From Tubiluchus corallicola (taxonomy: Eukaryota; Animalia; Priapulida): a stretch of 64,000 nucleotides of DNA. Positions 39,557 to 51,881 of this stretch are shown one piece after another (positions within the stretch are counted from its first letter, which is position 1; each line of letters begins with the position of its first letter). The stretch is from positions 49,900-113,899 of the forward strand of contig JAQGDQ010000653.1 of the NCBI GenBank assembly GCA_030141605.1, read 5' to 3'. The notes under the pieces were generated by a model, which ran no database searches, had not been told where the DNA came from, and worked only from the letters and a program-made list of their open reading frames with translations. The translations under genes were made by a program, and so were the position numbers.

Positions 39557-39994
39557 CAGGGGCATATCAACAGTTTACAACGCCTTGGGCTGCTACTTCT
39601 GTCCCGCCCATCTTAATTGTGAATTTCTGCTTCTGTAATGAGCAGATTAAACATCAACTTGTGGCGTATTAGAAATACTATTAACCTAGTTTCTTTGTTG
39701 TCATTAATAACTACATGTATTTGCATAGCGCTTATATTCAAGCCGGCTGCGCAACTACTTGTTGTGTAATACCTTGCATTATGTTCGTTATGTCACTTAT
39801 GTGGCCCTTATATATAAAATCTGCACTCAGTAACTGCCTGTGGCGTGCTATAAAATTTGCCTTTACAGTCTACGTGAATATGAAAGTATACACAGTTTCC
39901 GAGGAGAGTAAGAATTTTTCCTATAATGTGACGCCCCTCAAACTTTGGCGCCCTAGGCTATAGCCTAGTTAGCCTATTGGTTAATATGCCCCTG
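39557..39994. mobile_element. hAT-type MITE, copy 2 (438 bp), inverted relative to copy 1
   Basis: 11-bp TIR CAGGGGCATAT / ATATGCCCCTG; 8-bp TSD GCCCTCCC / GCCCTCTC. Confidence 0.82.
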
Positions 39995-41259
39995 GCCCTC
40001 TCAGGCTGTTTAAACTGGTTGAACTTGCAGGATTGCAAATGGTGAACAATAACCGCCAATGAGTTTTATTGTTATGTTTTTTTCAAAGCACTGAGGAAGG
40101 CTTACCTACATAACCAATACACTGACAAGACAGTGAAACAAAACGCTAATCGTTTCTGCACGCTGTACATTCTTCTTCCGACGCTTCTCGTTTAAACAAT
40201 TGATGATTTACTTGTTGCCAAAGTCAGTCGTCAGAATGTCATCAAATCAGCCTGGACAATCACCTGCAGAAACAAGCAGAATGGGGGGCAGTTACATTAA
40301 GGGAAAGCAGCTACATCAGAAGCCTGACAAAAGCAACTGGCTGGCTATAACTATCCAGTTAGTACATATTACTCTCCTTGGTCAGCGATGACCAGTATTC
40401 AAACAAAGCTAGTTTGTGTTCCCATAGAGTTGTCCTAGTGCCATCCAAATAAAGTTTACTTGATACAAATCTCATTTCATTACAGCGCTTATGAAAATGA
40501 ATTTGGCTTCTTTTTCTTGTCTATAACGCTGTAAATGAATCTCCCAGACGCCGCCCGTTTGGCAACAATAACCCCCCCCCCCGCAAAAACTAAATGTATA
40601 ATCATTCTGCGCCGAGTATGAGGAGATTCTCCGTGTAACCACAACAATCGCTATCATGTTTTAATATTAAAAGTTTTCGCAAAACATCTTGCATAATTTG
40701 TCTTTGTTGTCGTTGTCGTTGTTGTGTTCGAACTACATGTATAACATAAACTCTTCGATTGCCGCTGCTTGGATTGTTGGATGAGTGACATGTATTAAAG
40801 CACATTGAAATTACAATCCCGTGTAAAATAAACAATACTTAAACAGTTTTTATCAGAGTGAATTAAATTGCAAGTGATAAATATCATTAAAGCTATTTTC
40901 TAAACACTTGCTTAAAATATAGACAAATTTGATTCCTTAGGTAGTAACAAACTGGGTAACAGACAAAAGCATTTAGGTAATTTTCTCGCAACAGTTAATA
41001 ATGCGGAGCCAGGAGTAAGGAAAAGCACTTACCTCTCAACAGATTTTACTCTGGCAAAGTATTCTCCATACAAAAAATTTTATTACTCCCCCCCCCCCCG
41101 AACAGTATCATATTTTCGACAGTAAAAAAATTATAGACATAATGCATTTTAAAAGATCCGGAACTGTCCGTTTTGTTGTTGTCCTTCATAACTTCAAGGT
41201 AAAGCTACGAAAGGCGGCTATTTAGTGTTGTGCACCTTAAAAAATAAGCAACAGTAAAT

Positions 41260-41510
41260 CGATGGCTTCCTGTTGAAACCTGCTATCTCCATTTTTGCGT
41301 TTTTTCAAAAATGCATTTTTTTCTAAATTATACTGCATTACTCAAAACAACCTATGATTACAATATCAGTTAGCATTTTGTAAGATTTAACATGGCTTAT
41401 GTAGTTTTTGTACCATTTTTGGACATGCCAAGTGCTACGTATTCCATTTTGCATGCAAAATCTCATTTTGGCCAAAAATGGAGATAGCAGGTTTCAACAG
41501 GAAGCCATCG
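41260..41510. mobile_element. MITE with 38-bp perfect TIRs and 4-bp AAAT TSD (Sola1-like)
   Basis: CGATGGCTTCCTGTTGAAACCTGCTATCTCCATTTTTG at 41260-41297 and its exact reverse complement at 41473-41510; AAAT on both flanks. Confidence 0.85.
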
Positions 41511-42519
41511 AAATGCATTTGATGCAAAGTTTGTATTTTATAACGCTCAACACGAAAATAAAAAAAACAAACATTTTACACTACATGTAAGACTTACATG
41601 AAAAGAAATGCATAACAAAATGCCATATTGTTGTTCGCCACTCGTGAAGGTTCAAAGGACAGTAGCCACCTGCCCTGCAACAATCTAGCAACAGACGCCT
41701 AAGATACTGCCCCTCTTTACTCCTGCCCTCTTTGCCCGACTCACCTTCAGATGTTGTGAACTATAACTCAACCTTTTTATGCTTATTTTCTACTTCGGCA
41801 CACAATACGAAGATATACAGGGCTGATTACTTGTTGTAGAATAACAGAATAACATTTTACACTTAACCTATTAAAGACGTTAACATTGGGTCAAACGTCC
41901 CATTACTTACCTGTCCATGCCTGCCAGCCATACAGGTAATTGTCATTGCAAGATGACTTCTCTGTTTTGTATAGCCCTAATTGCTCGTTGTTCTGATCGA
42001 TTCATTGTACTTTACAGTAGAGTGTTAGCGTGTACTTTATTTTAGGTCATGTCATACAAACGACAAACGTGACCTTTATGAAACTTTTACAACCGACTAT
42101 TAAAAATACGTAAGAGATGCAAGATAAAAAAAAACAATCATTCCTGTACAGGCAAAAAATCATTAAAGGATAATTTGACATTAAAATAGGCCCACACTAA
42201 AATTACGTAAATGTAAACTAGACTGAATATGCTGGTAGAGAATTTAGGCAAAATTTAGCAGAACATTACCCACGATTACAAAGAGAATACCTACAAGATT
42301 TTCCATTCCATGTCAGTAAAAGTGTCTAAAAAACATTAAAATGATTTGAAGCAACTCTCCCGGGCCCACGTAATCAACTCTAAATTTTACTTTGGAACTT
42401 CAAAAACTATTTTCACCATATTTTTTTAGTTCTTACTCTTGGCATGTGTCATATATTTGTATATCTAAAATTTTATATACTGATTCCTTTTAACCAGTAG
42501 TAAGATGCAATATATATAG

Positions 42520-43480
42520 CTTTTAGACACCATTAAGTATTTTAAAAGTTTTCAAATCCATAGACTTAACCATTGTAGATTTAACAATACACACGGCCAA
42601 TGAACACATTGATTCAACCAGATACAGGTTGGAACAAGATATTATGGTAAATATTAATGCAGCATTTTGACTTACACGAATTAAAAATGAGCAACGGAAA
42701 ATAAAATACATGCAATTCTTACCAACGAATGACCATTTAACGACAGCAATACCACTAAAAGTTTGCGAATCTGCAATTAAAAGCTCAGAAACAATCAAAT
42801 TTTTAGGTTAACATTGATGAACAATTATCCTGCGACCAACAATTTAACAAAATGTATAAAAAAACGTCATTCCGTATATCTTTCCTACGTCAAGTAAGGG
42901 GACAACATTATAGGCAAACAAAGTCCAGATCTATAAAACATTTGCAATGCCTCAGTATATCTATGGTTGCTGTTCGTATCAGAATATTTCAAGAGAAAAC
43001 TTCAATAAACTAAGCACTCTTCATAGCTGTGCCCTCAGACTGATTTCTGGACAACCACAAAGGCTGTTAACAAAAACACTCATTTCTCTGCTACACATAC
43101 AAGATCCTCGATCGTTGAAAATACCGATCCTAGAAGCGCATATTAATATTAAGGTTACCACACATTAATATTTCTCTGCAAGTACAAACAGATTAGTGCT
43201 CCATTTATTAACAATAAATTGCCTATTTTCTAAATCCGGCATTAAATAGCCGCACATCCAACATTGCACAAATCACGACTAACAATAAGTATGGCAACAA
43301 ATCTATTGCTAAAAAGGCAATTTACCTATGGAACTCACTACCAAGCAACAAAAAGAAAGAAACGCGTTCCCGACATTAAAAACTAAATTAAAAGCTTACT
43401 ACTTGAACTGGTACGATAAACCAAGCAATACCAATGATAATGTAAATCGAGACAAGAATTTCATCTACCCTAGGCCATAA
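42520..43480 (+). mobile_element. Highly decayed L2/CR1-group LINE 3' fragment
   Basis: Remnants IKFLG..DEQLS, IYKTFAMPQYIYGC, LHSCALRLISG, AIYLWNSLP. Confidence 0.65.
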
Positions 43481-44479
43481 TCAGTGGCGGATTTAGGGGG
43501 TGGGGCCTGGGCCCCATTCATAGTAGCTGTTACAGCACACCAAGAAAATATTTTCTCCGGATTATAAGCTTTAGATCGTTTAGTGGTAGCTTTTAATGAC
43601 TTATATCGAGTAAAAAGTTCTGCATTAATGATTTAAGTGTAAAAACGTTGTGCCCTTTAAGTAATAATTGAAGTTTTTGGCAAAGATATCGCTGTGCGCA
43701 ATATAGATGTAAGTTTCTCTGCAACCGGTTCGGCGGCATAATGAAACAAGATTGAATCAACTGATCAAGACGTAAGCTGCAGCTTACAGTAGATGACGTA
43801 TATTGCAGGTACTTAACTGTCGACGGAGCGAGTCATCGCCTGACTTCAGCGTCAAAATGTAATTATTATCATAATGGCTTTCATAAGTGAAGAAAAATTT
43901 AATACTGAGTGTGGAATTAGTGAAGAGTCCGAAAATAGTGAGTTGTGTAATCTTAGACTTATTTAAAAGCAGTATTGCGGTATGAGACACATGAAACTAG
44001 CGTTGCTCTTATATTAAATTTTCGATTATTTTGTTAATATTAAGATCACTTAAGCCATCTTTATAAATTTCAGTAACTATTATAGCTTTGAATATCAGTA
44101 ACTATCACCGCTCTTTCATCGTCTAATTACAAGTTTCCAATATTCCAATATATAATTTCTTGTTTGTAACTTTTTTAGATTCAAACGTTTCTGAAGCGGT
44201 GTCTAGTTATGTATCTGTTGATACTGATACAGAAAGAAAACAACTTTCGATTGACACAGAATTGCCTGCTAAAAGAACACAAGTTTCAATCGATGGTTTC
44301 TTCTCTAAAGAAAAGGCACAGAAAAAGCACAAAGTGATGTTGATGTTTATGTTCCTACAGAAAAAGCTGTTTCAAAAGAGACTATTTCTGATTATTTGGG
44401 AAAAAGTGTTCTCATGTCAGACATGTCAGACATGGGAAAAGTGAAAAGCTAAAGTCAATTGCCTCATCAGTCATTTGTT

Positions 44480-45030
44480 TTCCCACAATGTACGAAGTGA
44501 ATATACCAGAAATGCTGAAGTATCTAACATGATCTCCGAACTCGGGTGGGTAACACTAGAAATTAGACGCCGACAAACGACACTAAACATCTTTCATGAT
44601 ATGAAAGAACACAGGATAGGTATAAATTTGCCAACTTACATCACCCCATCTCTCAAAGATAACAACAAACTTGTTCAACCAGCAACAAGAGTCAATATTT
44701 ATTTATACTCCTTCTAACCCAGAGCAGTACGCTTGGAACAAACTTCCACCGGATATCAGAGAAATCACTTCTACAGATCACTTCCGAGCACTAGTACCCT
44801 CTGCTGTTTCTACCATGAGGGTGCCATCCCGCCTAACATGTCTGTAAATCTAACTGTGTTTTTAGCCCTCACCCACCATGTTTGTTTTGCCTATTTCACC
44901 TCTTTTCATAACCTCTAGTACTATCACCAGTTAGCGAGTTGCTTTTCTCATCGTGCATACTAACTATGCGCACCCCAAACTTCTAGGCTGTCGTCAAAGA
45001 CTTTTAGAAGTATATTATACAAGACTTCAA
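44480..45030 (+). mobile_element. 5'-truncated CR1-like LINE 3' end inserted in the hAT element
   Basis: VSNMISELGWVTLEIRRR and YLYSF*PRAVR.WN.LP motifs followed by a UTR-like tail. Boundaries approximate. Confidence 0.7.
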
Positions 45031-45974
45031 GAACATGTTGATTTTCTGATAGTTCTAGGAAGAGCAGTACCCACTACAGACGTTGCCATCATGAGTGGCT
45101 CAGCATTCATACGTATTCATACATATATCACTGCATATTGCGAAAAACAAGATGTACTGTATTGCCTACCCTGTGTAATCTTCCAGTAGCCAGTAGTAAA
45201 AAAAGCAAATTATTAATAGACAAACCATTCCATGACTGGAAACATGCAAGGGAGTACTTGCGAACACATGAAGAGTGCCAGTATCACTTGGAATCAGCCG
45301 CAAAAATGTTCTTGCAAACTACGAAAAATCCATGCGTGTCAATCTTGAACAGGAGGTCGAGTTATGCAGCAGCTCAAATTAAGAAAAACAGTGCAGTACT
45401 TAATTGTATTCTGAGTTGCTTGATCTTCTGTGGAAGGCAAAGCATTGCACTGAGAGGGCATAGAGACGACTCAACTTCTTTAGCGTGTAACCAAGGCAAC
45501 TTTAAAGCCTAGTAAAACTTCTAAATTCAAAATATGAACTGCTGAGGAGCCAAGTAGAAAATTATGCAAAAAATGCCCAATACATTTCAAAAACTATTCA
45601 AAATGAACTTCTTGACTGCATTAAAGACTTTTTGCAGGAACCAATAGTTAGTCACATCAAGGCACAAAAATTGCCCAATATTCGGACTTACGGCAGATGA
45701 GGTTACTGATGTCAGCAACTGGGAACAGTTAGGAATAGTCGTTCGTTATGCACACAATGAAAAAACAGTTGAAAGTTTAACAGAATACATTAAGTATGAG
45801 ACAATAACTGGTGATGCCATTGCAAATGCTATTTCAGAGTCATTAGCAAAATTCGGGCTAGATATAAAAAACTACAGGGCTTTAACTTTTGATGGAGCCG
45901 CAAACATGTGTGGCATACAACGCGGTTACTCAAAGCTACTACAGGAAATAGCAAAAAGAGCACCATACATACAC

Positions 45975-48900
45975 TGTGAATAGTGAAGACGTGTTTGAAT
46001 CCCAAATAAACAGATAAGAGAATGGATAAAAACTAAAACACGGCTTTTACTGCACTGAACCCATTTTAATCTCTCTTGCACATGCGCGCAACTCAAGACA
46101 ATACAAAATCCCACATAGCTCCCCCCCCCCCCGGGCTGCTGGAAACCAGCAGAAAGAGGAGAAAACAAACTACACTAATTACCATTCTTAAACTGTTACA
46201 CAGTAGCAAAATTAATGTAAAAATGTCAATTTTCAGAATTTCCAAATAGTATGAACTAACCCTAGTAATCCATACAACACATATGTATTACACAATAGCA
46301 AGCCATCGTGTTGCTCAATACAGACCGCTTTACAAAAGCTGAGAACATAACTATTTCGGATTGCTCAACAATGAACAAGAAATTTTAAGAATTAAGACTG
46401 TTTAGGTCTACATTGCAAAAATAAACGAAGTAATTGCTACAGTAATTCGCATGTTATTTATGCAAAAAAAATCTGAAATGAATTAACTCATTAACTACAT
46501 CATAGCCTAAACCAAAGAGGCATTGCGCCGCATGAGAAAAGCTTCTAGAGGGCTTTATTAATTAATTAATAATTTATTAATGGGTCGACGAGTCTTGCGA
46601 CCTTTGATCAACATCCATGCTACCTGCGCAACACCATCTCTGCCTGGAATTAGAGGGGTGACCTTACCCAAGGGCCATTTGCGACGTGGATAAGGGGCTG
46701 CATTTACCAAAACAACTTCACCTTCCTTTGACGGACGACTACTACCACATGGATTATGCCACTTACGAAGTGTGGGTAAGTAGGAGGATAGCCATCTCTT
46801 CCAAAACTGCTGACTTGTGAAAACACGATGTCTCCACCTACGAACCAAAGAGAGCGGAGTAGGGGGCAGAAAGTTAATTGAATAGCAACATCTAACCTGC
46901 CTGGAGGTGATGTACCAAGTATAAAATGAAGAGGGGTGAGGGGTTCCTCAAGCGAGTCAATCTCAGTTAAAGGACTTATATTGATGGACTCCTTTATCTC
47001 ACAACTTGCTGTACAGAATTCAGGACAAGAAAGAGACGAATTACCAAGTGTTTTCTTCAAACGTGACTTTACGCTTGCAACCAAACGTTCCCAAAAACCT
47101 CCCCACTAGGGAGAAGTCTCTGGGATAAGTTTCCATGAAACCTGGCTGTAACATAATATGTAAATTGTTTGAACTCTACGGAGATCGTTACCTGATTAAT
47201 TGTTAATAGGCAGTCTAGTGATTACTGGGTGTAACCTCAATGTCCAATCACCAAATGTAAATTAACGCAAAACAGTATTAGATTGCTATAAAGAAATCAA
47301 CACTTTTGTAGGTTTATTAAAATTAAAGCTGCGCTCACATCATAAAATTTAAAGGATGTAAATGACGGTGAAATTTGTTGTGTGATAGCAAAATAAACCT
47401 TTGATACACTGACAAAACAGTTTTCTAACCAGAATTACAATTTATGAGCAATATACAGGGTGTGCACAAAGTAAAGCCCCATTCCCAAGGTAATGAAGGG
47501 ATAGTAAGAAGGCAGGTTAGTGGGAGGCGCCATAGACTGTACTTCACCAGCAGGCCTGTGTCTGTTTACTAACAAGTCCCAAGCTTCACTTCAAGAAGTT
47601 AATGATCGACGTATGGCAAACAGTTAATGTTCCTCCAGATACTAGAAAATGTAGTAATGATACGTCTTACCGGCAACTTCGGTTCTGCACAGAATAAGTC
47701 TGACTCTGCATACATCAACACTATGGTAAATGACTGTCTGTCCCGTACCAGAATACGGCTTTGCACCTCAGAATGACGTATATAGGATAGTTGACTTTAA
47801 CAGTGGGTCTAGTCTACCAACATCACCAACTACAGCTACACCAAGCTAACCATTGTCGGCTCCAAAATCACTTTCATGTTGTTACCAAAATTTATTCGCT
47901 GCTTTTTATTAACATGGTTGCTTATAACATCCAAATTTAAGCAGCTCTCTACCTGAACTAACTTTTCTAGGTCACTTGTTCTGGCTTCCACTCACTATAC
48001 ATGTACACTGTCAAGGTGTATCTGTATGGCATATCTAAAACTACATCTCCACGCAGATGTGCAAAACAAGTGAAGTTTATTCGAGGATACACACATCTTG
48101 GTGTCAACGTATTGAATATTCATCCATGATGCACTTTTGGTAATTGAATCACTAATATGGTACAAAGGAAAAATAGGGGTTTTGGGCTACCCCCAATAAC
48201 TAAGTTAAACATGGATCTGCCTTCAGTTAGCTTAACTAAAAACTCATGATAAGAAAGTAACAGCCATCTAGTGGCAAAATAAGTCAAAAATGATACAACA
48301 AAAATTAACCAATGCTAATAAGCAAATGACAGCAGACATATCACATCCAAAATGTTACACTGGCTTCTAAGCAACTTTGAAAGAGTCTTAAAAGACGAGC
48401 CATTGTTGCTGTAAAAGCATGAGACTACACCCCGTCGAGCAAAAAACCTACGAATGGCCAGAGAAGTTTCAGTTTCATTTAGACTACTGAATACCTCTAA
48501 ATGAATAGCCCTGGTCACAGAGCAAGTAAACAGACGAACCCAACACTTTTCATTTGAGCGCAAATGAAATGGGCCCAAATGATCAAGTCCAGCTTGAGAG
48601 AATGGCCTGCTAGGAATAGTCCTAAATGAAAGTAAGAAGGACTCTTCAGAGATGAATGGTCGCGAATTTGCACGACAACACCTGACACAACCCAAAGGCA
48701 CTTTCTTGACGTTACGTCTTAGCTGCGGCACCCAAAATGACCTGCGAATCTCCGCCAAAGTAGAGGGCAGACAAGAGGCCCACATGAGCATCCTGAACAA
48801 CAAGTTGAAATAACTTGCTACTCCCTGACAACAATGGAAGTGAACCTTCACCCGTTCTAGGCTTCACTAAAATCAACATTTGATCTTTGTCCAAGTAAGC

Positions 48901-49040
48901 TCGGAAGTTAGATAACCTAGAATCTTTAGGAATATCGGACACTTTAACTAAAGCTTCGAATTTCAAATGAAATGTTTCCAACTGGAAGAATCTTATAAGC
49001 ACAGTAAGAGCCGACGCCCTCTTAACTTGACAAAGGTTCA
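45975..49040 (-). mobile_element. BEL/Pao LTR retrotransposon 3' remnant (integrase, DUF5641-like region, PPT, 3' LTR)
   Basis: RRSFWV..CVRC zinc region, PFSQAGLDHLGPF, LFTCSVTRAIHLEV, RRFFARRG, WGGFWERLV, PLTPLHF, QFWKRW..YL, WPLGKV..GRDG, RRPINKL. G-run PPT at ~46120-46132 next to a TGTG...CACA segment at 45975-46115. Confidence 0.9.
47147..48359. mobile_element. Probable solo LTR (1213 bp) inserted in the BEL integrase
   Basis: Termini TGTAACAT ... ATGTTACA; perfect 5-bp TSD CTGGC (47142-47146, 48360-48364). Removing it rejoins integrase ..KLLRSQ|VSWKLIPE.. Confidence 0.82.
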
Positions 49041-51881
49041 TTCAGGCCCATACGCCTGCGGTTCTGTATGAATCGAAGTACATAGCCTATCACACCTACA
49101 GCTTTAGGCAATGTTCCCCAGGTTTACAAAAGACATTAGTGTTCTGCTTCAAGGTAGCACTATGGATGTTTTAGACGCGTATGAAACAATTCAGTTTATT
49201 ACTGAGGAACTAAAAAATGTGCGTGAAAACTGCGAATCTGAATTTTGCAAAATATGGAAAAAAATGTGAAAAATGTCAGAAATTGCAGGGAGTCTTTTAG
49301 AGATACCTCGTCGGTGTCATAGGCAGTCGTTAAGAAACAACATGCCAGCTGATCACCCAATTGATTGTTTTCGCAGGAGTATATTTATTCCTTTCTTAGA
49401 TGCACTTGTGAATGAACTAGAGATGAGATTTGCAACAATCTGTACACTTGCCAAAAAGGCACTAAGTCTGATACCAAAGAACTTTTGTAAGATTTCAGAG
49501 GAGGCAATTGAAGACATATTGTAGTATTATGCACCTGACATTCATTCGCCCTTAACTTTCCATCAAGAAGTGAGGAGATGGGTTTGTCGTTGGAGCTGCA
49601 CAGAAGACGCTAAGCTACTTTCCACAATTCAAGGAACTGTCAAAAAATGCAACTTTATATTGTACCCAAATGTCTTCACCATATTGAACATTTTGCTTGT
49701 GATGCCACTTTCTGCAGCTGGTATCTAACGAAGCCATTCAACTATTAGATTCATAAAAAATGTGTACCGAAAAACTATAGGAGAAGGCAGATTAAATGCA
49801 TTGATATTAATGTTTGTACACAAAGATATTGAAATTGATATTGTCAAAATCATAGAAATGTATGCAGCCAGAAATCCCAGACAAATGACTTTGCCTCACA
49901 TGTAATTGCAATTTTTAGTAATTGCTGTAACTTTAACAGCATCTGTACTCAACTCACTCATAGGTTAGCAAGTTGTGTTGCAAATAGATGAATGTTTATG
50001 TTAGAGAGACATAACCCTCAGTTTTTTTATCTCTGAGTGCTTACATCTATAATGTCACATGTTTTCTGTTTAATATAATTTTTTAATCTTATCAGAACTT
50101 CAGGTGCAGATAGTACGTTGTGCATTACGTCACTTATTGTAGTTTTATGACACTCGAACAGTGAATTACCTATGAAAATACAGTTGTTGTATATGGCCCG
50201 TTTAAATAAAATTATCACAAAAAATTCTCATATCTATTTTTAGCGTTGTACTAATTTCTTTATCCTATTTCCACAGATCTGCCTGATCAATTCATATACT
50301 TGATTATTTACATAATTCCCACACTCATAGATTTTAGCAGTGCTAGAACAAATTCTAGCAGTGCCTTTATTAAAATTTAATACCTGCAAATATCACATAG
50401 CACAAGGGTTCTACTTTTGACAAAATCACAAAACACGTGAAAGTTGTGTACGTCATATACACTCTATACTAGTATATTGGTATGTAATTAAGAGTCAAAA
50501 GTTTGAGGTGACATAATGAGTTTTAAACTATTGAATTTCCTTGAGGAAATAGCAAGAAAAATGGTTTAAAATACAGTAAAATGCTTTGGCGGCCGGGGAT
50601 CCGCCCCTGACCCTCTAGCTGCTTTTTCATTGGGCCCACCCTTTCTCTAAAGGCTGTATCCGCCCCTGATAATAAATCAAAAATAATATAATTATGTTTA
50701 ATTTAATGTTTTTTCTAATGCATTTTTAATCTATATAATTTTGTCCCAGCTGTATGTTGTGCACATATAGGCCTAATTACGTACGTTCTTCCGTACGTTT
50801 TAATGTTTGTTTAATATCCTTTAATGTATGCGATTCTTTGTGTCTTTGATGACATGTTTATTATGTATATGCAAAATAAATATTTTCATTGCATTTTATT
50901 CTTCTTTTTAATGATTTAATGTAGGTAATTTTAGTGCTTATTTGATGAGTGTATATCTTTGTGTATGTACAATTATTTTTGCAGTGTATTTTAATGTTTT
51001 TCTAAATATATTTTAATATATGTCATTTCTGGCGCCGTTTCCTATCTGCCTCTTGACTCCATCTTAGTTAATACTCTATATATATGTGGCATGCATATCT
51101 ATTACACGAGTTAAGTAATTATGCTATTTGTATTATTGTCATTACCATCATCGTTTTGGTAATTAGTGTGCTTGTGCATATACATTTTATTGTATACGAT
51201 GTCTATAATCATTATTTTTATGGCAACTATATATATATATAGTGTCACACATCTTTTGTAGGTCCTCTACAGTGTACACTTTCTAATTTATCGTGATTCC
51301 TCGCACTACAATGTTTCCTCACAACAGTGAACAAGAATTAAAAACTGACATTATAAATGCATAATATTATATTGCTTTTCTACAGTTCACATTTAAGTAT
51401 TTTCCAATACATTTAATTACATTTATTTGGTTTGAAGCTTTTTTGCATACACTAGAAATACGTTTATCAAAATTTAAAAGGTAAGCAATCTTAATTTGAA
51501 CAGGAATGTGAGTATGACGTGTATTGTCATCTGCATAATTGTAGAAGAACTTGTTTTTTTTTGCAAAATTTAAGTTATCGTTAAGAAAGACAAGATCAAT
51601 AATACAGGCTTGAGACAGGCTAATACTCCTTTAGAATGGGTATGGATTAAATAAGATTTTAAAGGTACCTAACCAACTACTTCCACAAATAGTCAAAGAC
51701 AAGAACTACTTCATAATGAATTCACTTTCCCATAAATGCTTATCAATATAAGACCCTATATCCTAGTACATTTATGTAAAGATACTATTGGCCTGTATAT
51801 TAACAACGATCTTGAGAATGCACTGATGGTAATTGTAAGCCGTTTCCATTTTCAATGACAATGTCACAGCATGTACTCTAA

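Larger units (their letters stand above)
43482..50668 (+). mobile_element. Decayed hAT DNA transposon (Tip100 / ZMYM1-PRKRIR-like transposase) containing nested insertions
   Basis: TIRs CAGTGGCGGAT / ATCCGCCCCTG. Transposase remnants YCLPCVIF, KPFHDWK, FCGRQSIALRGH, GNF, YISKTIQNELL, ADEVTDVSNWEQL, FDGAANM, APYIHC (45040-45977). Then LQG..MD, IPRRCHRQ, FRRSIFIPFLD and the dimerisation motif GRLNALILMFVH (49040-49900). Confidence 0.9.

Noticed and set aside
34398-39994. A single composite transposon that carried the sulfotransferase here
   Set aside because: Each MITE has its own TSD and the outer flanks (AACCTAAG vs GCCCTCTC) do not match.
41033-41080. Strong donor GAG|GTAAGT at 41033 as the coding exon preceding the sulfotransferase exon
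   Set aside because: It is phase-compatible, but the frame has an in-frame TAA about 16 codons upstream, with no ATG or clear acceptor.
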